A stretch of 64,000 nt of DNA from IMG/VR virus record IMGVR_UViG_3300028394_000059, positions 1 through 64,000 of that record; one strand, written 5' to 3'. The position numbers and the translations under genes were made by a program. The stretch comes from a virus. This document shows, piece by piece, positions 27,925 to 38,233 of this stretch. Position 1 is the first letter of the stretch; every line of letters starts with the position of its first letter. The notes beneath the pieces were generated by a model, which saw only the letters and a program-made list of their open reading frames with translations, searched no databases and had not been told where the DNA came from.

Positions 27925-28707
27925 ATGACACAAGACGAATTAGTACAGGAAATAGCAGACGCACTTTCTTTTAGCTGTGCGTTACCTTATAATCTTAATG
28001 CAGCAGAAACTGAAAGAATCATAAAAAGAGCTAAAGCATGGTTTTATGATAACTATCAGTATGCAGTGGAAGAGAGAGTTTTCGTTCTTGCGAATGATAT
28101 TTTTCAGCATAAGGAGTTTAAAAGAACACGTCAAATAAAATTACCAGATTCCATAATAGGTGTTTTTGATGTAAGAGAACTTGGCGGGTATGGTATATCG
28201 GGTAATCCTGATAGGGACTTTGGTGATTCTAAACTTCTTGGATCTGAGCTTCTTCTCTCACCTTTTGTGGGTGATAACTTGGTTTATAGAACCGTTATGT
28301 ACTCATATTTTGATTTGGCAAAAGCATATTTATTAAACACATTTGCATTCAAGTATAATAAGAATACGAAATTTTTAACAATACTCGGAAGAGATCCTAA
28401 TAGATCAGGTAAAGGACAGGGACAACTAGCTCAAGGTTTTGGTGTTGGCGGTACTGATGTATCTGTTAGATGCCACGTAGCAATACTTGATGAATATCTA
28501 TATGACGATGAACTTTTCGTTAGATATTGCATTGCTAAATGTAAAATTGCGCTAGCTAACATGCTTAGTGTATTCACGTATAATCTTCCTGGCGGCGTTC
28601 AGATAAACTCTTCAGACATAAGATCTACTGGTGAAGCTGAACTTCAGGAGGTGATGGATATGATCAATGGTGAGAACACGCCTTCCTATTTCCTCCAGTG
28701 GAATTAA
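27925..28707 (+). CDS. Neck/head-completion protein, gp13-like
   Basis: C-terminal F.YNLPGGVQINS.DI...GE.EL..V motif. Confidence 0.7.
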   Translation: MTQDELVQEIADALSFSCALPYNLNAAETERIIKRAKAWFYDNYQYAVEERVFVLANDIFQHKEFKRTRQIKLPDSIIGVFDVRELGGYGISGNPDRDFGDSKLLGSELLLSPFVGDNLVYRTVMYSYFDLAKAYLLNTFAFKYNKNTKFLTILGRDPNRSGKGQGQLAQGFGVGGTDVSVRCHVAILDEYLYDDELFVRYCIAKCKIALANMLSVFTYNLPGGVQINSSDIRSTGEAELQEVMDMINGENTPSYFLQWN

Positions 28708-28726
28708 AAAATTAATAGATCTATTT

Positions 28727-28734
28727 GATATATA
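28727..28734 (+). promoter_or_regulatory. Putative late promoter GATATATA
   Basis: 21 nt upstream of ATG 28756. Confidence 0.65.
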
Positions 28735-28755
28735 CATAAACAATTACTATATTTT

Positions 28756-29955
28756 ATGTGCATATTAGAAAAAATAAAATCATGGAGAGATAAAAAGGGC
28801 CAAGCATTTGGCTCCTATTTACACCAGATATCAAAAACCCAGGACGAACTGGACCAGTTAGAATCTCTAACACAATTTCTTTCAAATTTCTATGATAATA
28901 TACCTTTCCAGCAGAGGTTTTATCATGTGTGGTTTAATTTCTATGATATGGAAAAATGCCCATATTGTAACACCCCGAGAAAATTTTCAAAGGTTCCCAA
29001 ATTTTCCATAGATCGTTACGGCGAGTCTGTAACAAATTCTGTTAATTATTATGGCACCTGTATGGCTATTGAATGTCAGAAAAGATTTAATTTAGATAGA
29101 ACACAAAGTGTTCTATTAGAAAAATATGGGACAAAAAATATTATGAAAATCCCAGGTGTTCTGAATAAAATAAAAGAAACTAATAATGCTAAGTACGGTT
29201 CTGATTTTTTCATGGGAACTGAGGATTTTAAGAATCAGGTAAAAATAACATTTGATTCAAAATATAATGGGCATCCAACAAAACTAAAAGAAACACAGGA
29301 TAAGAAGAAAAAAACAAATCTGGAAAAATATGGTCACGAGCATTCGTTGGATAATGCTGATGTAAAGGAGAAGTCTAGAATTACTAATAATTTAAAGTAC
29401 GGTGGAAATTCCTCTATGTGCTCCGAGGAGACAAAGAAAAAATCCATCGAAACTAATAAAAGAAAGAGAGGCACTGACTGGTACGTTCAAAGCGATGATT
29501 TTAAGAAAAAATTTAAAGAGACCATGCTTTTAAGATATGGTGTTGAACAGGTTATGCATTATACCCCATCCTTTGAAAAGTCTATGGACACCTCATATAG
29601 AAAGAAAATATACGCATTCCCGTCGGGCAGGATTGAAAAAATACAGGGATATGAGGGATTTGCAATTAACAATCTTTTGGATTCGGGTTATCCGGAGGAT
29701 GATATTATAATATCAAATAGAGAGATAGAAAAATATACTAAAGTTATATATTATAACGATACAACAGGAAAGAGAAGAAAATATTATCCTGATGTTTATC
29801 TGAGGTCCAAAAACGTAATTATTGAGATCAAATCTAAATATACATATGAAACTAATATCGTTTTGAATAAATTAAAAAAACAGGCTTGTCTAGATTTGGA
29901 CCTCGATTTTGAATTTTGGATTTATGATAAAAAAGGTAATAAAATAATAAAATAA
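28756..29955 (+). CDS. Free-standing homing-endonuclease-like protein (Zn-ribbon, KYG repeats, PD-(D/E)XK)
   Basis: CPYC..TCMAIEC; repeated TN..KYG units; QGYE, YYPDVYL..NVIIEIKS nuclease motif; N-terminus homologous to 2086..3852. Confidence 0.75.
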   Translation: MCILEKIKSWRDKKGQAFGSYLHQISKTQDELDQLESLTQFLSNFYDNIPFQQRFYHVWFNFYDMEKCPYCNTPRKFSKVPKFSIDRYGESVTNSVNYYGTCMAIECQKRFNLDRTQSVLLEKYGTKNIMKIPGVLNKIKETNNAKYGSDFFMGTEDFKNQVKITFDSKYNGHPTKLKETQDKKKKTNLEKYGHEHSLDNADVKEKSRITNNLKYGGNSSMCSEETKKKSIETNKRKRGTDWYVQSDDFKKKFKETMLLRYGVEQVMHYTPSFEKSMDTSYRKKIYAFPSGRIEKIQGYEGFAINNLLDSGYPEDDIIISNREIEKYTKVIYYNDTTGKRRKYYPDVYLRSKNVIIEIKSKYTYETNIVLNKLKKQACLDLDLDFEFWIYDKKGNKIIK

Positions 29956-29993
29956 CATATAACATATCCCTTTTATCCCTCTCTACACTTATG

Positions 29994-30001
29994 GATATAT
30001 A
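29994..30001 (+). promoter_or_regulatory. Putative late promoter GATATATA
   Basis: 17 nt upstream of ATG 30019. Confidence 0.65.
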
Positions 30002-30018
30002 AAAGGAATTAATTCCCC

Positions 30019-30390
30019 ATGAGAGAGATTTATAACAGAGACCCGGAGGATCCAAATTACAATCCTTATCAAATAGAGACCACAGATCCTACTGAGATCT
30101 GCGTGGGCCAACTTAAAATGATACTTCTTACCAATAAGGGTGAAGTTTTAGGTGATCCTAAATTTGGTTTAAATCTGGAGGATTTAATATTTAATCTTGA
30201 ACTATCGGAATCCAGTATAAGAAAGGAGCTAGATCTTTTTCTGAAGATTTATTGTCCGCTATTTTCTACGCTCAATGGCACGTATGATCTTAAATTTTAT
30301 GTTGGTACACTAAGAGATATTGCTACATTGGATTTTAAAATACCGGAGGATGGAAAATTAAGTCCATTAGTATCATTAAGATTAACATAA
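30019..30390 (+). CDS. Baseplate wedge subunit, gp25-like
   Basis: ILLTNKGEVLGDPKFGLNLEDLIF signature. Confidence 0.85.
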   Translation: MREIYNRDPEDPNYNPYQIETTDPTEICVGQLKMILLTNKGEVLGDPKFGLNLEDLIFNLELSESSIRKELDLFLKIYCPLFSTLNGTYDLKFYVGTLRDIATLDFKIPEDGKLSPLVSLRLT

Positions 30391-30399
30391 GAAATTGAA

Positions 30400-32124
30400 A
30401 TGAATATATTTAAGAAGAATAACATCCTGATCAACGGATTGCTAAATGACACTTTTAACTTTTTGCAATCAACTTACAGTCAGACAGCAAACGTTTTTAC
30501 CGTTGCATCTGCTTGGGGACAAATACTATTTGTGCTCCAGAATTTATCGCAACTTATCCTGTATTTTATCGAGGATTCCATCACCGAATTGAATATGCAG
30601 GAAGCCACTAGGGATTATTCAGTGCGAAGCTTAGCCAGAATCGCTGGATATGATCCTGGACGTGCGAGTGCAGCTCAGGGAGAAATAACACTATCCTGGA
30701 ATACAATACAGGGGGATGTTGGAGGTGGATCTGTTATTATAAAAAATAATTCACAAATTAGATGCCTTCAGAACGGTAAGATTTATTCATTGAGATTTGG
30801 AAGTCCAGAAGTTACGATTCCGTTAGTAAGAGGTAATGAACTAAGAGCAAAGCTAGCTCAGGGAACCTTTGAAAATGCCGTGGTAACAGGTACCGGACAA
30901 GCTTTACAAAGTTTCAATCTTCCCTCCAGTGCTGGTGCATTCCAGGATCAATTTTATATTGATGTTTATGTTAATGAGGAAAAATGGAAAAGATACGACT
31001 CAATATATGACATACCTCTAAATGGCAAGGGCTACCTTGTTAAAACCGGTATACAGGAAGGACTAGATGTTTATTTTGGTAATTCAAATTTCGGAAGGGT
31101 GCCTCAAAGGGGTGCAAGAATAAGAATCGAATATTTACAGACTAGTGGAATAAGTGGTAATGCAAATTCAACCAAGGACACTCCGTTAACATATAAATTT
31201 TCTAGTACAGGTACTGATTTATTTGGGGGTGAGATCGATCTTAATCTTTACATTGATATCAAGAATGAGATAGATCCATCATTTGGAACAAATCCGGAAA
31301 CGACAAATCTGATAAGACTAGTCGCTCCAAAAACCAGTAGATCTTTTGTTTTTGCTAATGCCCAAAATTATGAGATATTCTTAGATAAGCTTGGTATATT
31401 TTCACAGATACATGCGTTCTCAACATTTGATGATGACTATTTGGATGACGATAATGTGGTTTACCTATATTTAGTTCCTGATATAACTCTGAACCTTTCC
31501 TCGAATGAGGATTATTTTAATGTTGCTACACAAAGTTTCCTTCTTACTGTGGATCAAAAAGCTAAAGTTATTAATCTAATAGAAGGAACAGGATCTATGA
31601 TCGCAACTACGGTTATAAAGATTGTTCAACCAGTAATAACTAAATATGTTGCAAATGTTATACTTGGAATATTTGAAGGATCCGATCCTGCAACAATCAA
31701 ACAAGCAATCAGAAAGAACATCTCTGATTATATGATAGGCCTTAAAAGAAGAGACAAGATACCAAAGTCAGATTTTATTGCTATTATAGAAGGTGTATCT
31801 GGTGTTGATACTGTATCGTTTTTCTTTGTCGGCCAAAAGAACGAGGAAAATCAGACAGCTATTAAGGGATTAACTAATGTTTCACAACAACAACTGGATG
31901 AGGTTATAGGTATGGATCAATTCGGTGATATTATAATCGGAAGAAATGAATTGGTGTTGCTAAGGGGTGGATGGCAAGATAGAAATGGCACACAGTACAC
32001 AGAATCTATCATTGACGGTAAACCAGGACCACTTAATATAACTGTTGCTTCAATAGTTCCTAGAAATTACAGAAGTGATATGAGTGCGGGTCTTAAAGCA
32101 CAAATTATAAGTCAGGGATCTTAA
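30400..32124 (+). CDS. Baseplate wedge subunit, gp6-like
   Basis: SVRSLARIAGYDP.RA.AA.G, VYFGNSNFGRVP..G..IRIEYL.TSG..GN, ET..IR..AP, NYE motifs; follows the gp25-like gene. Confidence 0.85.
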   Translation: MNIFKKNNILINGLLNDTFNFLQSTYSQTANVFTVASAWGQILFVLQNLSQLILYFIEDSITELNMQEATRDYSVRSLARIAGYDPGRASAAQGEITLSWNTIQGDVGGGSVIIKNNSQIRCLQNGKIYSLRFGSPEVTIPLVRGNELRAKLAQGTFENAVVTGTGQALQSFNLPSSAGAFQDQFYIDVYVNEEKWKRYDSIYDIPLNGKGYLVKTGIQEGLDVYFGNSNFGRVPQRGARIRIEYLQTSGISGNANSTKDTPLTYKFSSTGTDLFGGEIDLNLYIDIKNEIDPSFGTNPETTNLIRLVAPKTSRSFVFANAQNYEIFLDKLGIFSQIHAFSTFDDDYLDDDNVVYLYLVPDITLNLSSNEDYFNVATQSFLLTVDQKAKVINLIEGTGSMIATTVIKIVQPVITKYVANVILGIFEGSDPATIKQAIRKNISDYMIGLKRRDKIPKSDFIAIIEGVSGVDTVSFFFVGQKNEENQTAIKGLTNVSQQQLDEVIGMDQFGDIIIGRNELVLLRGGWQDRNGTQYTESIIDGKPGPLNITVASIVPRNYRSDMSAGLKAQIISQGS

Positions 32125-32141
32125 ACCTAATATAAAAAGAC

Positions 32142-32672
32142 ATGCAAAATTATTCACCATTTTTTGGTAACGAAGACGGATCAATAAGTTATACTGTTAG
32201 TGGGATAAAACCAAAGACTACTAACACGACTTTCTATGATAGTAAGGACGTTTATCCGAATGCTGATTTAGCTTTATCCCGTGCTTATAATATTGGATGT
32301 TCTGGCTATAGAGCGGTAATTACTAATGCAAATGGACAATATAGCTTTTCCCCTTGTACAAATTCTGCTGATTATAAAAAAATAATGAAAGAAATGTCGA
32401 AAGTATCAGTAGAAAGAAGATACTATGAATTCGATCCTAATCAGAACATATACGACATAAGGGATAATATAAATAATAATCTCTATGAGGGATTTGATTA
32501 TCAACATCAAATCATGAAGAGATCGCTATCCAATGTTATTTTTAGAGATCCAGTAAAAGAAGGAATTCTTAGTTATTTTGAGAGAGTAGTTTATGGATTA
32601 ATAGAAACTACAAAGCAGATAAAGAATTTCTTTAACTATACGGTTAAGAAGAATAACAGAAGGGTTTTTTAA
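32142..32672 (+). CDS. Hypothetical baseplate-associated protein
   Basis: 176-aa ORF between gp6-like and gp7-like genes; RAYNIGCSGY...PC motif. Confidence 0.6.
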   Translation: MQNYSPFFGNEDGSISYTVSGIKPKTTNTTFYDSKDVYPNADLALSRAYNIGCSGYRAVITNANGQYSFSPCTNSADYKKIMKEMSKVSVERRYYEFDPNQNIYDIRDNINNNLYEGFDYQHQIMKRSLSNVIFRDPVKEGILSYFERVVYGLIETTKQIKNFFNYTVKKNNRRVF

Positions 32673-32678
32673 TTTAAG

Positions 32679-35600
32679 ATGGCAAACGTAAGACTTAATT
32701 TTTTTAACAAGGAGGGTAATCCATTAAACTTCGATTATATCGGACCTACCGGACCAACTCCATTGGATTCTAGATTCACATACATCACATCAGTATCAGG
32801 CTCTGCCAATGCTGGTGATATACATATTGATGATCCAGTATCGCCATCAACCCAATATTCGATAGAGTTGAATATCAATGATCTTAATGGATTTGATCTA
32901 ACTGCATGGGCTAACGAAGCGACGGATTTCATATTAAAAGGTGCTGATGTGTATTTAAGCGGAGAGGTAGCAGGAGGGCAAAATTTTAGATGGAAGATAT
33001 TCTCTACATCTATAAGTAGCGGATCAGTTTATGTTGCTGTCGATGAGGATGATTACGAGGGGCAAAGAATAATAAGTCCAGGGAATCAGATATACTTTAC
33101 AACAGCCTATGATAAAAGACCAGGCGGGCATTTTAAAGGAAATATATATTTTGAACCGGTTTCTTCTGGACTGTATGAGAATGAGCAGATATTCATAGTA
33201 CAAGAATTTGATACACCATCAGGTAAGCAATATGGCGTGCCTCAGATAGGAGCAACAGGAGCAACAGGATCTCCTAAATGGAGAACAAGATGGGCCAATG
33301 ATAATTATGGGGAGACTGATGTAAGCGAAATTATATTTACGTATGCAATACAGGATGAGTTACCTGGTGGTGATGGACAGCCTTTGATAGTCAGCTATCC
33401 TAATCTTGTCATCCCTGTCATTAAAGATCCCAACTCATATTATACTAATGGGTATATCTACACAACCATCAATTCATCAGAAGCAATTGCAATAAACGTT
33501 GCTACTAATGCACCGGATGAGGCAGGGAATATCTACGAGAGAAAACTTATAGTTGAAGATATTACAACCGGTACCCCCGAAAAGGTACTGGAAGTGGATT
33601 ACTATGCTGAGATTGTTGGTGAGGATGAAAGATTCAGCGTGCTTCTTGAAAATCTTGGTCGTGCATTCTACAAGAGCGACTCCGTGATACTTAGGGATCA
33701 TGATCCAGCAGAGCCCAATGCAAACTTTTTAGAGATTAACGAGAAAAGAAAGGAGCTATTAGTTACAGGTGAGGATATATTTCCGTATATAGGAAGTTAT
33801 AAGGGTCTTATTAATGCTCTTAAGTTTTTTGGTTATCAGGATTTAAGAATAAAGGAATATTGGCTAAATCTAAACTATAAGAGTTTAAAATTAGAATCAC
33901 CATTACAACAGAATCAGACTTTTCTTAATGCAATAAAATCGGAGCAATCAAAGGGGTATAGTCAGAGCTATCAGGTTGGCGACGTTTTGAATAATGAGAA
34001 TTCTGGTAAATATAAACTAACACAAACATATGGACCTGATAATAAAGGAAATTATGTTCTTAGTGTTACTTCGGAGGATTCATTGGTACCTAGCCGGACA
34101 TATAAGAAAACATCACTATTTGGTCTCTATTACGATCTAAATAAACCTACCGATGGCATAGATGAGTTTGGTTATCCTGTTGTCGTAGATGCCTTTAAAT
34201 TCACACAAGAGGAGGTTCTAATAAAGATATTTGCTTTAAAGGAAAGGCTTAAAAGGGATTATCTTCCGCTAAATGCAAGAATAATTGATATAACTGGTGA
34301 GGGTGTATATTTTAGTATTTATAATACACGTTCTTGGACCGATGTCATGGAAAGATTTGATGTCGAATCGGGATTTTATTTTGATTTCTATCCCAATCCG
34401 GACATGGGGTTTATAGAGGATCTTAGAAATTTTTCAACAAGGAAGCTATCAACAGGTATACAGACACCAAGCTCGTATAATAATTCATATAAGACAGGTG
34501 TTGATTTTGTTGGTGGTACTGGTAGCGCTATTTCTTTCTCCAACACATTACCATATGGTGTTACTGGATATAATCCAACAATAACATTAACAGCAGGGAA
34601 TGCATACGAATTTGATGTTATTGATAGTGGTGGATATGGTTATGATTTTATAATAACTACTGACCCATCATTAACTCAAGTTGATCCTCTTGGTATATCG
34701 AATAACGGTGCAACCGGCGGGTATTCTGTTTCTTGGTATATTGAACCCGAACAAACAACTCCGGTTTATTATTACTCATCCAACAACCCGCTATTATTAA
34801 AGGGTGTTATTAATGTGCTTACCCCGACAATATCTGATCTCGGGAATATAGTGGATCCGCTGGATGTGCAGCAAAATTATAATTCTGCTCAGAATACATC
34901 CCTTTTAGAGGCTATTAAAAATTTCTATGATCTTAAACAGAATGGTGATATCATAGAACTAGGAGACGATAGATTCGATCCTGTGGCTTATATTGATCCT
35001 AATACGGGTCAACCATATCAGCTTCCAATAGGCATGCCTGTTATACTGGAATTGATATTGGATAAATGGCAATGGAACGAGCTTAATATCGATTGGAATG
35101 CTTTAATAATACCAACATTTAAGGTTGGAGATAGAGTCCAATTTAAGAATCCGGAAGCATTCTATAATGGGCTTTTTGGTACGGTTGATGCGGTAAGCTA
35201 TTCAACAGGAACATATTCTGTTATGATCGATCCACCTTATGGCTTTTCCATACCTGTAGGAGAGGCAGAATTATATTCATCTATTCAGATTTATAATCTG
35301 CTTACTTGGGACGTTATAGATTTTTCCAATATGATGGAGATCGAGTGGATCCTGAATAAATCAGCTACTCAAAACGGAACACCATATCACTTTGAATTTA
35401 GAGGCCCAATAACGGACTTTTATAAGCTGGCACACTTCTTACCTTACACTGGGAATTATCAGGTCATATGCAACATCTATGATGCTTTTAATGCTAAGAC
35501 AACAATAATTAAGAATGGTGTAATTACGGTACAACCAAAGACTGTTGATATTGATTCATGGACAAGATTTAGGGAGGTTGAGAATTATCTATGGGATAAC

Positions 35601-37469
35601 GTTGATAGAGGATGGGGAGATTATGATTCAATTTGGGAATATCCCGCAGAAGGTGAAAGTATAGAAATACTAGAGAAATCAATACCCCGAGAAATACTCG
35701 ATTTCGCAACATATGGTAATAAATCGGAGGAGGGTCAAAGCCTTTATGTTAAAGTCAATACCTCACCAATTGGTGCTACCGGGTCTATCACATTTACACA
35801 GACGGTAACCAATATATCGGAGATATATTCTCTTCAGATAGGGGGTACGGGTTCTTCCATATATGGATATGCCACTATATCCAGTGCTACCCCACATGGA
35901 TTGGTTGATGGTGACGAGGTAAATATATCCGGCACTGTATCTCAGCTTAATGGGAGATGGTTAGCTATACTCGATGGGGCAACAAATACATTTAGAATAC
36001 CAATAGCTCTAAGCTCATCATTTAATGGGATATTATTGGAGACATCACCTGTTAATAGATATGTTACGGATCCCTTGGTGTATACTAATCAGAAATTTGG
36101 TGGAGCGGGTAGCATAACTATTTACGCTGGTGGAAGATTAATAGGAAAATCAGAAACTGGTGATATCCTATATAATACTGCCAATGAAATAACATCCGCA
36201 ATAAACTCATTCAGAACATACCCTGATTATTTTGCTTCTTGTTTAAATCCTGCTGCTGATCCTGTTACTGTTACTATATCAGCACCAAATGAACTTGGAG
36301 CCGATCAGAATGGAGTGTTACTGGGATCAACATTAACGGGTTCGCTAGTAACGGTTTCTGCAGATAGCATATTGTCTAACGGTGTAAGTCCAGCTGATAC
36401 CTATGTTTACTGGTCGGAGAATGATCCAGATCAACCCAATGCAAATCTTAAGTATTGGGGAACTAAAAGATTAAACTGGGAGGTATTTAATAGTACCACA
36501 TGGGAAAATGGGTATGCACATAGTTGGTATGATTTTGAGTTTAATAATGATTGGCTGGGCGGATACGAGTTGCATACTCTTGTACCAGGAGATCATGTTA
36601 AGATCAGCACAGGAAACAGCACATATCCGTATCCTGTTGGTGTTACATTTACGAATGGTTTATCAGGTCTAACGATACAAGAAGCAGCAGACCAGCTTAA
36701 TAATTCGGATGAACCCCACATAACAAATTTCTATTATAGACCAATGCCAAGCGATGTTGGAGGTTTAAGTACCACAGCGGGAGCAGTAAATGTCACTTCT
36801 GGTAATCACCTTTTATTTAATGGTTTATTTCAACCACCACCATCATTAATTGGAGGTAGCCAGCTATTGATCCCTGGATTTGGTTATACTGGAGGTGTAC
36901 AAATAACAACGTCGACGACAACAACGACAACATCAACATCAACAACATCAACAACGACGACGACAACAATAGCACCAACAACAACAACAACATCGACGAC
37001 ATCGACGACAACAATATCACCAACAACAACAACAACAACAACGGCTGCCCCTATTTGTACATTAGCAGGAACTGCTACAATGGTATACCCAGCGACAACA
37101 ACGTCTACGACTACGACTACAACAATAAATCCTGCACTAAGTACAGTAACGATTTATTGGAGAAGAATATCGCTTGTTCTAGGCGGTGAGTACTTTGGCG
37201 TGGAGGTAGATGATGGAACTGGTAATATAATCGCTGTATTTAGTGATGATGCATTTGGTAGTACGACTCTTGTTATGCCAGTTGGTGGTATTATGGTTGC
37301 TTATATTGTTACGGGGCCAGGCTCAGTTGGCAGTTCTATAGTTATATACGACAATTATCCAACAAATAATAGTCAAGTAGCATATGCCTCTGGTAGTAGC
37401 CCTATAACAGACCCTATTACTTTAGTAGCTGGTAAAACATATTACATAGGAGCAGCTGTAGATGTGTAG
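32679..37469 (+). CDS. Very large baseplate wedge protein (gp7-like) with accessory domains and a C-terminal poly-Thr extension
   Basis: FPYIGSYKGLINALKFFGY..IKEYW wedge motif; SH3-like (FKVGDRVQF), TPHGL..GD.V.ISG and PKD-like segments; many G-x-T-G; Thr tracts. Confidence 0.6.
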   Translation: MANVRLNFFNKEGNPLNFDYIGPTGPTPLDSRFTYITSVSGSANAGDIHIDDPVSPSTQYSIELNINDLNGFDLTAWANEATDFILKGADVYLSGEVAGGQNFRWKIFSTSISSGSVYVAVDEDDYEGQRIISPGNQIYFTTAYDKRPGGHFKGNIYFEPVSSGLYENEQIFIVQEFDTPSGKQYGVPQIGATGATGSPKWRTRWANDNYGETDVSEIIFTYAIQDELPGGDGQPLIVSYPNLVIPVIKDPNSYYTNGYIYTTINSSEAIAINVATNAPDEAGNIYERKLIVEDITTGTPEKVLEVDYYAEIVGEDERFSVLLENLGRAFYKSDSVILRDHDPAEPNANFLEINEKRKELLVTGEDIFPYIGSYKGLINALKFFGYQDLRIKEYWLNLNYKSLKLESPLQQNQTFLNAIKSEQSKGYSQSYQVGDVLNNENSGKYKLTQTYGPDNKGNYVLSVTSEDSLVPSRTYKKTSLFGLYYDLNKPTDGIDEFGYPVVVDAFKFTQEEVLIKIFALKERLKRDYLPLNARIIDITGEGVYFSIYNTRSWTDVMERFDVESGFYFDFYPNPDMGFIEDLRNFSTRKLSTGIQTPSSYNNSYKTGVDFVGGTGSAISFSNTLPYGVTGYNPTITLTAGNAYEFDVIDSGGYGYDFIITTDPSLTQVDPLGISNNGATGGYSVSWYIEPEQTTPVYYYSSNNPLLLKGVINVLTPTISDLGNIVDPLDVQQNYNSAQNTSLLEAIKNFYDLKQNGDIIELGDDRFDPVAYIDPNTGQPYQLPIGMPVILELILDKWQWNELNIDWNALIIPTFKVGDRVQFKNPEAFYNGLFGTVDAVSYSTGTYSVMIDPPYGFSIPVGEAELYSSIQIYNLLTWDVIDFSNMMEIEWILNKSATQNGTPYHFEFRGPITDFYKLAHFLPYTGNYQVICNIYDAFNAKTTIIKNGVITVQPKTVDIDSWTRFREVENYLWDNVDRGWGDYDSIWEYPAEGESIEILEKSIPREILDFATYGNKSEEGQSLYVKVNTSPIGATGSITFTQTVTNISEIYSLQIGGTGSSIYGYATISSATPHGLVDGDEVNISGTVSQLNGRWLAILDGATNTFRIPIALSSSFNGILLETSPVNRYVTDPLVYTNQKFGGAGSITIYAGGRLIGKSETGDILYNTANEITSAINSFRTYPDYFASCLNPAADPVTVTISAPNELGADQNGVLLGSTLTGSLVTVSADSILSNGVSPADTYVYWSENDPDQPNANLKYWGTKRLNWEVFNSTTWENGYAHSWYDFEFNNDWLGGYELHTLVPGDHVKISTGNSTYPYPVGVTFTNGLSGLTIQEAADQLNNSDEPHITNFYYRPMPSDVGGLSTTAGAVNVTSGNHLLFNGLFQPPPSLIGGSQLLIPGFGYTGGVQITTSTTTTTTSTSTTSTTTTTTIAPTTTTTSTTSTTTISPTTTTTTTAAPICTLAGTATMVYPATTTSTTTTTTINPALSTVTIYWRRISLVLGGEYFGVEVDDGTGNIIAVFSDDAFGSTTLVMPVGGIMVAYIVTGPGSVGSSIVIYDNYPTNNSQVAYASGSSPITDPITLVAGKTYYIGAAVDV
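36906..37124 (+). repeat. (ACA/ACG)n low-complexity coding tract (mucin-like poly-Thr)
   Basis: TTSTTTTTTSTSTTSTTTTTTIAPTTTTTSTTSTTTISPTTTTTTT ... TTTSTTTTTT. Confidence 0.95.
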
Positions 37470-37515
37470 GACCTTAAGAACCTTAAGATTTAAAATGCAA
37501 TTTAATTAATAAAAA

Positions 37516-38172
37516 ATGGAAACAGCACTAATAACATTAACAACAGCGGGAGCGGACACGGGTTCTTTTAGTTTATCCTCGAATACAACCGGATTTGCAA
37601 CCACCTTTGAAAGTGGAATATCTAGAGCATCACTGCTAGCTGGATACACATCCAATTTGGTTCCTCCCGGAACAACAACAATCAGGGTTAAATCAAATTC
37701 GGTTGGTTGCAGTAATTTCGTGGATATAGTTGTTGGTGGAATAACGACCACATCCACAACAACAACAACAACATTACCACCATCCAATTCATTTCTTACT
37801 AATTATTCCATAAACGACATTACCATCAGTTTTCAATTATATGCTAAGGCTGGTAGCTCCTCTTATACCCTCTTTTATGCAACACCAGCAGCAGTAACTA
37901 TCTCGAAGGGAGGAACCTATGGATTTAGTACGTCATATCCCGCAGGTTTAGGAAGCGGGACACGTTCTTTTAAGCTTGTGATATCTGCGGGAAGCACAGG
38001 AATAGTAGCGAATGTATCAGCGTTCTATCTTAATTCAGATTTGGCCTCAACATCAGTGGTGAAATTTTCTGGTAACACTCCGGCGGCTGGGGCTTTTCAA
38101 GCTGTTAGTGTTGTAGAGGCAGGGGATAGCGTATCATTCATAGATGCATATATCACAACTACATTTGTATAA
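37516..38172 (+). CDS. Small Thr-tract protein, probably virion-associated
   Basis: N-terminal LITLTTAGADTGSF.L..SGISRASLLAGY..RVKS..GC domain, TTTSTTTTTTLPP linker, beta-rich C-terminal domain. Confidence 0.65.
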   Translation: METALITLTTAGADTGSFSLSSNTTGFATTFESGISRASLLAGYTSNLVPPGTTTIRVKSNSVGCSNFVDIVVGGITTTSTTTTTTLPPSNSFLTNYSINDITISFQLYAKAGSSSYTLFYATPAAVTISKGGTYGFSTSYPAGLGSGTRSFKLVISAGSTGIVANVSAFYLNSDLASTSVVKFSGNTPAAGAFQAVSVVEAGDSVSFIDAYITTTFV

Positions 38173-38184
38173 TTTTCATAAAGT

Positions 38185-38213
38185 GGAACAGAACGTATTA
38201 ATTTCCATATAAT
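38185..38213 (+). promoter_or_regulatory. Putative non-late promoter GGAAC-N18-TATAAT
   Basis: Exact spacing match; 20 nt upstream of ATG 38234. Confidence 0.55.
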
Positions 38214-38233
38214 AATCATAAATAAAATTAGAT

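Noticed and set aside
29956-30018. Possible relic of the neck-gene 3' end after the second endonuclease
   Set aside because: There is only a vague pyrimidine-rich resemblance (cccttttatccctc versus ccttcctatttcctc) with no in-register peptide match.
37471-37488. Short direct repeat accttaaga accttaaga
   Set aside because: Two 9-bp copies only, with no recurrence noticed elsewhere.
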